Shown here piece after piece: positions 27,702 to 39,794 of a stretch of 64,000 bases of DNA (position 1 is the stretch's first letter; the number at the start of each line of letters is the position of its first letter). Origin of the DNA: Octopus sinensis. Its lineage: Eukaryota. Below the pieces are notes generated by a model. The model did no database searches. It was not told where the DNA came from and saw only the letters and a program-made list of their open reading frames with translations. The position numbers were made by a program, and so were the translations under genes. Location of the stretch: NCBI RefSeq assembly GCF_006345805.1, contig NC_042997.1, forward strand, positions 101,928,001 through 101,992,000, in the 5' to 3' direction.

Positions 27702-29063
27702 GTAATAGAAATAACTACAAGGGTATCAAACTGAAGGTCACAGTGAGGGTCATAGACCATCTCATTAGGGACAGAGTCTGCTTACATGAGATGCAGTTCG
27801 GTTTTGTGCCAAGTAGAAGCACTACTGATGCCATATTCCTGGTTTGACAACTGCAGGAGAGATACCTAGCTAAAGATAAACCCCTATACTTAGCTTTTGT
27901 GGAGTTGGAGAAAGCCTTTGACAGGGTCCCTCAATCCCTTATCTGGTGAGCGATGTGGAAACTGGAGATTGATGAATGGTTAATATGGGCTGTACAGGCC
28001 CTATACAGAGAGGCCATTAGTAAGGTTAGGATTGGCAATGAGTATAGTTAAGAATTCTGGGTAGAAGTAGGGGTCCACCAAAAGCCCCCAGTCCCCTTTT
28101 ATTCATCATAGTCCTCCAGGCAATAACAGAGGAATTCAAGACGGGTTGCCTCTGGGAGCTCCTCTATGCTGATGACCTGGCCCTCATAGTAGAATCACTA
28201 GCGGAACTAGAAAAGAAATTTCAGGTGTGGAAGCAAAGTTTAGAATCAAAAGGCCTTAGAGTTAATGTCGCAAAGACCAAAGTTCTAGAAAGTAGGAAGG
28301 CAAATTCATCACACACACCCTCAGGTAGGTGGCTCTGCACAATCTGTAGGTAGAAACTCCATAAGATGTACCCAGTGTAAGCTATGGGCACATAAGAGGT
28401 GCAGCAACATCAAAGGAAGATTAACCGAGAAGATAGCTTTCGTGTGCGGCAGATGCACAGGGGCAATAAATACCACAGATGCTCAGAAAACAGATTCCAT
28501 CACACTCCAGGGGAAGAAACTAGAAGTAGTTGATAGCTTCCATACCTAGGTGACCAAGTTAATAGTCAGGGTGGATGCTCAGAGAGTGTTATCACTTGAA
28601 TAAGAATAGCCTGAGTAAAGTTCAGAAAGCTTCTACCCCTACTGGTGACAAAGGGCCTCTCGCTCAGAGTGAAAGGTAGATTGTACGATGCATATGTGTG
28701 AACTGCCATGCTTCATGGCAGTGAAACATGGGCCGTGACTGCGGAGTACATGCATAGGCTCAAAAGAAATGAAGCTAGCATGATCCGCTGGATGTGTAAT
28801 GTCAGTGTGCACACATGACAGAGTGTAAGCACCTTGGACATAAGAAGCATTGGATGTGGCGTGCAAGAGAGACGTTTGCGCTGGTATGGTCATGTACTAT
28901 GGTTGGATGAAGAGAAATGTGTGAAGAAGTGCCACTCCCAAACAGTTGAAGGAATTCAGGGTAAAGTGTCTTGTCAAGAACACAACACGCAGCCCGGTCC
29001 GGGATTCGAGCTCACAATCTCACGATCGTAAGCTCGACGCTCTAACCACTGAGCCATGTGCCT

Positions 29064-29105
<42 letters not shown>

Positions 29106-30015
29106 GTGAAGGGAAGAAATGGAGCTGAACGAAGATTCTACATAATTCCTTTTATTATCTTCTACACATGTTTCAAAGGCCGCAAATTTCCAAATTCGGA
29201 TTGAATAAGGAGACCATTTGCAGCATTCTCTTCAGGAAAATCCAGGAATTTAAAAATCCAAAACAAATGCGCAGCAAGGTAGAACAAAGCGCTCCTTAGG
29301 AGCCCATGAAAGCACAAAACTGTCTCTCACTGTACGTTGACGTCTGGGGGGGTGGTGGTGGAGGCCGACGAAAATGTCCGTTGGAATCAATCGGGTTCAG
29401 ACAGCGGTCAATCCTGGTAGTGGGAGAAATACTGAAAACCAAATGGTGTGAATATATTCTGTGTAATTAATGTTCAGATTGTTTTAAGAATTAAGGCTAT
29501 CTAATATAGGTGTGGGACCCTGCCTACATGTATATGTGTGCACGCCTGTGTAAGTGTGGGAGTCTGTCAAGCAGCGGGTGGAGGGAAAGAGAACTGCTGA
29601 TTTTGTTGGTCGTGTCTGTGTGTCCGTCTGTGGTCAGTTTGTAAAGAGATAACTTGTCAAATCAAAGAGAACATAATTCTTGATCTCACTTCTAAAAAAG
29701 TAGCGGACCAAACGCTAAAATTCCTGGATTTTCCTGAAGAGAATGCTGCAAATGGTCTCCTTATTCAATCCGAATTTGGAAATTTGCGGCCTTTGAAACA
29801 TGTGTAGAAGATAATAAAAGGAATTGTGTAGAATCTTCGTTCAGCTCCATTTCTTCCCTTCACTAAATATATCGAACTTCAATTATCCGCGCTAAGGCAC
29901 GGTTGAGACACCCCAAGGTCGTAACTTCAATCGTGTCTTTTCTGTTGTGATTTTTGCTACCCGGGATCGGTTAAATTTTGAATAATCCTTAACAAGATAA
30001 TTCATTTATCCATTT

Positions 30016-30060
<45 letters not shown>

Positions 30061-33000
30061 ATCAAATATAATGTATGCACATACACACACACACATATAT
30101 ATGCATGCATATGTGTGTTTGCATATATATATATATGCAAACACACATATGTGTGTGTGTGTGTATGTGCATACATTATATTTGATAAAAAGCAAAAAAA
30201 AAAAAAAACTATGAAAGTCTGTTGGTTTCTTTGGTGCCACTGTAGAAATGCAAAGAGAGTTGTAAAGCACTGCAGGGTCATCAATACAGGTGCAGAAGTA
30301 GCCAAAATAAAATATGGAATAATATTGTTAATTTCAGCCAAGTTATTATGTCTTTTCTTGGTTTTATTTTTCGACACTGGCTAATAGAAGTAAAACTTGA
30401 TCTCTAACTTAGAATCACATGAATATGCATGTTAGTAAAATGAATATGTATATGCATGGTAAGTGTATATGCTCTCTCAATTACACATTCTGAGGACGAT
30501 ATATTATTGTTCTCTGTTGTCCTGAGAAAGTTGTTATCTGGTAGTTACAAGGATGACAAGATTTTTGTTAAAGGAGACTTTAATGCTAGATTAGGGACTG
30601 AGCATGATATATAGCTTTCCCTGGGAAAACATGGCCTTAGTAAAACCAACAGCAATATACTGCATCTCCTGCATTTATGCAATGACTATAACCTGGCTAT
30701 CAGCAAGACTGTTTTTCTTCAAAAAAGCAAGTACATCTAGCAGTAGGAAATTCATGTGAACATAGAAAATGGATGATAATAATGATGATAATGATGATAT
30801 ATATATAATACATGCAAACATATATACATACATAATATACATACACACACACACACATGCATGCATGCATACATACATGCATGCATGCATACATACATAC
30901 ATACATACATACATACATACATACATACATACATACATACATACATACACACATACACACAGAGCAATAGAAACTGATGTGGATTCTCCTAATCCAATTA
31001 ATTTGTGGCACAGCAAAGATAGGTAAGACATTCCCAAAATTCTCCATCTGAGATTCTAATGTGAATAGGTGCACACACCTGGGTGTATGCATCGACAATT
31101 CAACCAACATACCAACTTAACCACATATTTACAAACACTGGGAACTCTCTTAACTCAAAAAGTCTTGTTGCTTTGTTAGCAACCAGCTTGAACTCTCTCA
31201 AGAAGAACTCAAAGAAAAATCAAACATTCATTCATTTATCCATACATGCATACATACATACATACATACATACATACATACATACATACATACATACAAA
31301 CATACATACATTCATACATATATACATACATCAACAAAAACAGTTATGTTTCTTACCTCTGTTGTCATAGGTAAACCCATGAAGTAAAGTAACATACAAA
31401 CAATAAATAACACTGTCACTCTCTTTTTACGCAAAACTTCAATTTTTTCATCAATAATAGCAGTGACAACAGTTTCGACAACGGTAATTTCTGTGCTTAA
31501 ACCCATCATTACAAGCATCAGGAAGAAAAGGATTGCCCACAGTGGGGCTGCTGGAAGGTATGTAAGGGCAGCAGGATAAGCTGTAAATGCAAGTCCAACA
31601 TCTAGGAGAAAAAAAAAAGGGATTTTAAATGTTAAAATTAGTTTATAGAAATGTAAAATATTTAAATAATATCAAGAATAATTTAATTTTCATTTTTTGT
31701 TTCGTTTTTAAGTTTACAATATAATCTCATAGAAAATATATGACAACTTAGCACGTTTTGTTTTTACCCATCTGAATCTAATATCAGCAATTAAGGCATA
31801 GAACAGAAAGTCATGATATAGGGAGCAGTCATGAGCAAACAGCAGCCTGCAGGACTTTCTGAATAGCATGCCTAAGTGAAAATTTACCTTGTATTTTTTT
31901 AGCAGTATGGCCTGTCTGATGGTTAGCCATGTCTCATGCAACCTGCTTCTCATAAAAGTTGCCCATGCCTGTTTGAGAAACTTAAACATTCTTGTTCTTA
32001 TGTCACTGATAAAGCAAATGTTCATCTATTAACAACACTAAATGTTTATTACTGACAATAAAGCTGGTGTTATTTTTCTTTCTTCGAAACCTTACCCTTT
32101 CTTATTACATAAAAGCTGATATGTTTAAGCTTATAAAGACCCCTCTGGGTGACCACTTGACCGACTAGAATAGTATCCAAGTCTTATAAACAAAAGTATT
32201 CAGGTTACATCCATTTTGTCTTTTATTCAGGTATATTGTACACTGGTTGATATTACAGGATGACTTTAAAAGTGGCATATATAGTGGTTGTTGTACTGGG
32301 TGCACTGCCACACCCAATGCCACCAAATTTCATGCAGGAGTAAACAAAAGTTTTCATTAAAATTTGCAATTAAATTTATGAGTAAGGTTAATATTTATAA
32401 TGAATTTGCCATTTTTGATGGGTGTACAGTGCACATCTAGCACACCCAGAATATACACCCCTGGACCTTAGAGCAACAAGTTGACAGAATTGTTAACATG
32501 CCGGGTGAAATGCTTAGCAGTATTTCATCTATCCTTATGTTCTGTGTTCAAATTCTGCTGAGAGTGAATTTGCGTTTCAGCCTTTTGGGATCAATAGAAT
32601 AAGTGCCAGTTGAGCATTGGAGTTGTGTAATCAACTCACCCCCTCCTTCGAAGTTGCTGGCCTTGTGCCAAAATTTGAAGTCGATATTACTGGATGACAT
32701 TATCCAATACATGATTCTTTTTAAAGATGGCAAGTTGTGATTTAAAGAGAATTTGGTTATTTCTATAAGATCTAATTGATAACTTAGATTTTAAATGTCA
32801 AATTACAACTGAGAACTCTTTTATTCTTTTACTTGTTTCAGTCATTTGACTGCAACCATGCTGGAGCACCACCTTTAGTCAAGCAAATCGACCCCAGGAC
32901 TTATTCTTTGTAAGCCTAGTACTTATTCTATCAGTCTCTTTTGCCGAACCACTAAGTGACGGAGACATAAACACAACAGCATCGGTTGTCAATCAATGCT

Positions 33001-33656
33001 AGGGGGACAAACACAGACACACATACATACACACACACATATATATATACATATATATGATGGGCTTCTTTCAGTTTCCATCTACCAAATCCACTCACAA
33101 GGTTTTGGTCAGCCTGAGGCTATAGTAGAAGACACTTGCCCAAGATACCACGCAGTGGGACTGAACCCAGAACCATGTGGTTGGTAAGCAAGCTACTTGC
33201 GATGCATGCAGCCACTCCTATGCCTATAAAATAAATGCAAGCTCACCAGGAAATGTAGTCTTACCAAACAAAGCAGTGCAATGTAAAGTTTAAACTAATT
33301 TCATTCGACTGAGTAATTTGACATCTTAAAATTAGGTATTAAAAGCAAGAAAGTGGTAACTGTAGGCATTTAATCAGTGATAAATGAAGTAAAGTATTAT
33401 AAGAGACTTACCAGACTCAACAACGTTTTCAACAGTGGTGTTAAGTTCTTTGCCTAGGACTCCCATCACGGCAAAAACTGAGAAACCAGCCAAGAGACTC
33501 ATTAATGAATCTCCTAAACATACAAAAATGGCATCTCTAAAAAAAGTAACAAATATTATTATATTGTGTGTGTGTGTGAATGTGTGTGCATATATGTATC
33601 ATCCGTGCTAGCATGGAAGGTAGACATTAAATGATGATGATGATGATGGTATATAT

Positions 33657-33709
<53 letters not shown>

Positions 33710-36700
33710 ATGTGTGTGTGTTTATATGTTTTCTTTGAGATTTATTTCAGTTTTTTTTTTCATAATGATAAGACTTTTTAGTTAAAACAATTCCCAGGGT
33801 TGTAAACATGTGGTTAAGTTAGTGTGTTATGAATGAGTGAAATGTGAATGATCTGCCAATGTCATGAAGGAAACAACCATTTCCACACTAGCTGCTTCAG
33901 TAAATTTCTTGACAGAAAGTGACAAGACAAAATCCCAGACATTGACTCACCTGTGCTAGTCTGCCTAACATATACACCATCCCAATGCAGTCACAGCCTC
34001 ACTGAGTAGGCATGTAGTTCCCATGTCAGACAGCTAGCTTTCACAGAAACTATTATATGGTGAACTTCAACAAGGCAAACTCTTCCAGAGAAGCCAGAAG
34101 TGCTTCAAAGATAATTTAAAAGCTTTCTCAGAGGTCTTCTGCATCAGCCATGTCATATAGGGGCAGACAGCACAGAACAGAGGCAAGTGGAAATCAGTCG
34201 TCTGCAAGGGCATAGCAACTTGTGAAGCCAACAGGACTGCTGTAATGCAGGCAGGCCAGGAAAACAAATGCCATTAAGTTCCTAACTACTACCAACATTT
34301 CTTGACCACATTGCCAGAGAACCTTCTGGATGCATCTTGGTGCTTTGAAATCATGAAGTCCTAGGTTCAATCTGACTGTGTGGCATCTTGGGCAGGTGTC
34401 TATTATTTCTACTCTAGCTGTGAATTGTGGGTGAAACTGGACAAACAGAAACTGTGGAAGTTCATTGGACAGATTGTATCTGCAACAAAAGGGCTCAAAC
34501 TTGCTGTGTGCACTTTGTTGTACTGATTCTTACAATGGATTACATTAAAAGAACAATGTGTTCTTATATGCTAATTGAATGAACAGGTAATTCAGTTGAT
34601 CAAATATTCATTATCAAAATGGGCAAAGTTCCATTTATTCATGTGTCTATGCATGTACATGTGTGTGTGTGCACACATATGCTTGTGTGTGTATGTGTAC
34701 GTGTGCATTATCATATGTGTATGTGTTTGTGTGTACAGTGCATTATTAACTAACTACTAACTCAACCCTGATGGACTAGCCTAAAATCTTTCAACTATGA
34801 CCATCTTTTTGTTTAGCTGTACTATTTTTAAAGTAGGTCTACATTCTAATACATTCATTCCTTATTCAAGACAGCATGTGATTCGGCTGCTATTTCTAGC
34901 AGACTGAACAACCACGTAGCAGTTCCATTGTTGTTGGCCCATGTGTGATATGTGTAGGCATTAGCAACGTTAGCAACATTAGCAACAGCATTGTTTCTGG
35001 GTTTTATACAGATTTTAGTTTTAGTTTTACTTATTTGACATTGAGAACCCTTTTCAATTTATTTTCTACCTTTAGTTTCCTTTTGTAGAGAGTAACCTTT
35101 CAAGTTATGTCAACTTCATTTAATATACATTTCTTTTTACTTCAATCATTATAACTAACAGATGTATGAAATCCTATGATGCAGGATTATGGATCACTAT
35201 AATCTATTGACTTGCAAAACATCTTAATAAGTATTGTGTCATGATAAGAGAATGCAAATGTATGAAGAGGAGAGAAGAGGAGACAGAGAGAAGTTGGTGA
35301 TGTTATTGTCACTATTAATTATATCCTTGGCCTACATCTTGTCACAGAATTCTTTCAAAAACAACTTATATGAAAAGAAAATGACCCTTTGTCCATGAAA
35401 TCAATACTCTACTTAACTTCTTTCACCTGAACCAACAAAAAACCTTGAGATTATGAAGCAGCATTAGTAAGGAGGGGCTTGAAGTTAAAGGAGAACTCCT
35501 GTTTATGAATGAAACAATGATCTGCATATTTATTCTTAATAAATTCTGGCAGATTCAAATGCAATTATGCTGATTGCTGTTGTGTATGTCACAGGGGAAC
35601 AATTTCTCCTTTTACAAAGACAATGTTTTCATAATGCACCCAACTCATTGGTACAAAGAAAAATGTCTCCTTTTTATAACGACAATGTGTTCACACATTC
35701 CAGAATCCCTTGCAGTAATGAGTCAAGTGTGTTATGAACACATTGTCTTTCTAAAAGAAGTTGTTCTTCAGTGACATACACAACAGTGACCAGTGTATTT
35801 GTGCTTGAATGTCAGAATGTATTATGAATATGCAAGTCATTGTTTCAGACCTCACAGAGAAAATAACAGTTTAATAACTTTTTGCTAAGTTTTTATCTTA
35901 AATATTTGAAATATTAATCCCTTAGACATCTTGTTTTGGACAGATAACAAGGTCATTTTAGAGAGTCAAAAATCAGTTTCTAACACTGTTGCAATGAAGC
36001 CAATTTAATAGAGTACACAAAGGTGTACACTATTTAACTGGATCCATTACTTGATTTTGATTTTTACTTTTTACCTCAGACCCAGAAAAATGACAAAATA
36101 GTGTTTACTCTGGTAGGCTTTGAACTTAGAATATGATGCAAGTGGATTGAAATAATCCAGCTAAGCTCTGAATAAGTTCAGTGGCCATATATCTCAAGGA
36201 AAATAAATCCTCTTACCTGAATATATTATTGTGAAATTTGTTGTAACTGGAAAGTGTTGACAGTCCTCCCCAGCACAGTGAAAGGGAGAAAAACACCTGT
36301 GCTGCTGCATCACCCCAGACGTGGACTTTTTTCAACTTCTCCCATTTTGGTGTGAGGTAAAATTTTATTCCTTCGAGATGGCCATCTACTGTTATTCCTC
36401 GTATCAACAGTACAAACATAATGATATAGGGAAATATCACAATTAGGTACACAACCTAGAAAAGAAAAAGAAAGAAAAACATAATAAAAAACTGTAATAG
36501 TTTGTTCTACAGATTAAGTGTATTTGTAGTTTCCATTTGTATATTATAGTGTTTTGAAGGTAATTTAAGCCAATTCCCAGAGGTCAAAAGAACAAGCTTT
36601 AGATTATAATATTTTCTTTTATGCTTGTTGGTGATAAATGCTGGTTGTCATTGTCACCATGCTCCTAATAAAGAAATAGTATTGATGATGATGAAAATAA

Positions 36701-36942
36701 TTCTTTCTACTATAGGTACAAGGCCTGAAATTTTAGGGGTGGGGGCAAGTCAATTACACCAACCACAGTGTGTAACTGGTGCTTATTTCACTGACTCTGA
36801 AAGGAGGAAAGGCAAAGTCGACCTGGGTGGAACTTGAACTCAGATCGCAAAGACAGAAGAAATGCCACTAAGCATTTTGCCTAGCATGCTGCTGCTGCTG
36901 CTGCTGCTGCTACTACTTCTACTACTACTACTGCTGCTGCTG

Positions 36943-36990
<48 letters not shown>

Positions 36991-38711
36991 ATAATAATAA
37001 TAATAATAATGGTTTCAATTTTTCAAATTTTGATACAAACCAGTAATTTTTGGGGAGGGGCTAATCACTTACTTTGACTCCAATACTCAACTGGTACTTA
37101 TTTTATCAACCATATAAGGATGAAAGGCAAAGTCAACCTCAGCAGAATTTGAACTCAGAGTGTAAAGAGTCAAAAGAAATGCTACTAAGCATCTACTCTG
37201 ACATACCAGCAATTCTGCCATCTCACTGCCTTCATAATACTAATAATAATCCTTTTTACTATAGGCATCAGGCTTGAAATTTTGGCAGAAGGGGTGAGGT
37301 TAGTTGATGACACTGACTCTATTTTCCAACTGGTACATATTCTATAAACTCCAAAAAGATGAAAGGCAAAGTCAAAATGCATAGCTGGAAGAAGTACTTC
37401 AAAGAATTTTGTCTGGCATGGTAATGATTCTGTTTGCCTACCACCTTAAAAATGATAATAACAATCCTTTTCTTCTGTAGGTACAAAGCCTGAAATTTTG
37501 AGAGTGCTCAACTGGTATTTATCTTATCAACTCTGAAAGAATGAAAGGCAAAGCCAAACACTCAGCAGTATTTGAACACAGAATGTAAAGATGGATGAAA
37601 TGCTGCTAAGCATTTTGTCTGGCATGCTAACAATTCTGCCAGTTCTCTGCCTTAACAACAACAACAATAACAACAACAACAACACCAACAACAATAATAA
37701 TGATCTTTTCTACTAAAGCAACAAGGCCTGAAATTTTGGGGGAGGGGGCCAGTCAGTTACATCAACCTCAGTATTTCACTGGTACTTAATTTATCAACCC
37801 CTGAAAGGATGAAAGGCAAAGTTGACCTTGGTGGAATTTGAACTAAGAATGCGGTGACGGGTGAAATACCTATTTCTTTACTGCCCACAAGGGGCTACAC
37901 ACAGAGGGGACAAATAAGGACAGACAAACGGATTAAGTCGATTATATTGAGCGCAGTGCGTAACTGGTACTTATTTAATTGACCTCGAAAGGATGAAAGG
38001 CAAAGTTGACCTCGGCGGAATTTGAACTCAGAACGTAGCGGCTACACACAGAGGGGACAAACAAGGACAAACGGATTAAGTCGATTATATTGATCCAGTG
38101 CATAACTGGTACTTATTTAATCGACCCTGAAAGGATGAAAGGCAAAGTTGACCTTGGCGGAATTTGAACTCAGAACGTAGTAGCGGCACACAAAATACCG
38201 CTAAGCATTTCACTTGGCCTGCTAGCGATTCTGCCAGCTCGCTGCCTCAATAACAAAAGCAGCAGCAACAACAACAACAATAATAAAAACAAGGGCACTC
38301 AGAGAGTGCAAACTTCTGCCAAGGCAACACCAATGTCCTTTCAATGATTAGCCAGAGATGATTAGAATGGGAATATCTGAAATAAACTGGACTGCTCTCA
38401 CAAATGAGAACACTAAAAATTAACCTGACCGCTTTCAAACAAAAAATAATCTAAATATATATTTATTGAGTGAGAGGTGAAGGGAGAGGAGATGAAATAC
38501 TAATTCAATGAAGAAGTAGTGAGAGTAATAGCCATGACTGAGAGGGAGTGAGAGAAAGTAATGACAATGAGAAAGACAAAACAAAGTGGCAAAGAGTGTC
38601 CTATGAATGAGAAAGGAAGAGGTGATTAATGAATAACGAAGGAAGGAGTGAAAAAGCCAATAAACAGTGTTTGAAGTGTGTGTATATGTGTGTGTAAAAG
38701 AGAGGTATGTT

Positions 38712-38750
<39 letters not shown>

Positions 38751-39756
38751 ATGTGTGTGTACAATGGAAATGGGATGGTAATGTTCAATGCTGAAAATGT
38801 GTGAGTATATGTGTGTATGTGTGTGAACTATGTGAAACTTTACATATACAAGTAAAGTAAAAAAAAATCGGAAAAATAATCCAGAATCCTTGTCCAGTAC
38901 TGGATCAATCCCAAAATCTAATGAGACTGAGCAAGTCACAAGGTCACACATCCCTGAAAGTTTCATCCAAATCCATCCAGCCGTTCTTGAGATATCTTGT
39001 CCACGGACAAACAAACATGACTGAAAACAATACCTCTGCCTTCGCTAGGGTGGAAGTAATAAGTACAATCCCCCGGTAGACACAATATCTTCAATCTACA
39101 ACATCAAGATATTGGATAATTGTGTAACGTCTTCAATAATAATAATAATAATCCTTTCTACTATCGTCACAAGGCCTGAAATTTGTCGGGAGGGGACTAG
39201 TTGATTATATCAACACCCAGTGTTTCACTAGTACTTAATTTATTGACCCCGAAAGGATCAAAAGCAAAGTCGAACTTGGCAGAATTTGATCTTAGAATGT
39301 AGAGATGGACAAAATGCTGCTAAGCATTTTGCACAGCATGCTAACAATTCTGCCACCTCACTGCTTTAATAATAATCCTTTCTACCAAAGGCACAAGGCC
39401 TAAAATTTTGGTGGGTGAGGAAAATTGATTATATTGGCCCTAATATCTGAATGGTTCTTATTTTATTGACCCTGAAAAGATGAAAGTCAAAGTTTACTTC
39501 TGCAGAATTTGAACTTAAATCGTAAAGATGGCCTGGTTTCTATCACTGGATGCCCTTCCTAATACCGACCACTTTACAAACTGTACTAGGAACATTTTCT
39601 AATAGCACCGACACTAGAGAGGTTGCCCTCCTCTTGTTTTTATATTAATTATGTCGCACATCCCTACATATTTTTGATTTACTCTTGTAATAAGTCTGTC
39701 GTATATGTGAATGGGTACTACTACTATTGTTACTGTTACTACTACTACTACTACTA

Positions 39757-39794
<38 letters not shown>

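Larger units (their letters stand above)
29097..30016. mobile_element. Penelope-like element or retrozyme remnant with inverted hammerhead-bearing terminal repeats
   Basis: Arms 29097-29250 and 29718-29872 are inverted with 1 mismatch seen; each holds a hammerhead; (TA)n flanks both sides; no ORF found. Confidence 0.6.

Noticed and set aside
36862-37077. Poly-Leu/Ile membrane-like ORF
   Set aside because: (CTG)(CTA)(ATA)n microsatellite between SINE copies.
36690-38245. CRISPR-like regularly spaced repeats
   Set aside because: The units are SINEs of 150-220 bp separated by microsatellites in a eukaryotic intron; there are no unique spacers or cas genes.
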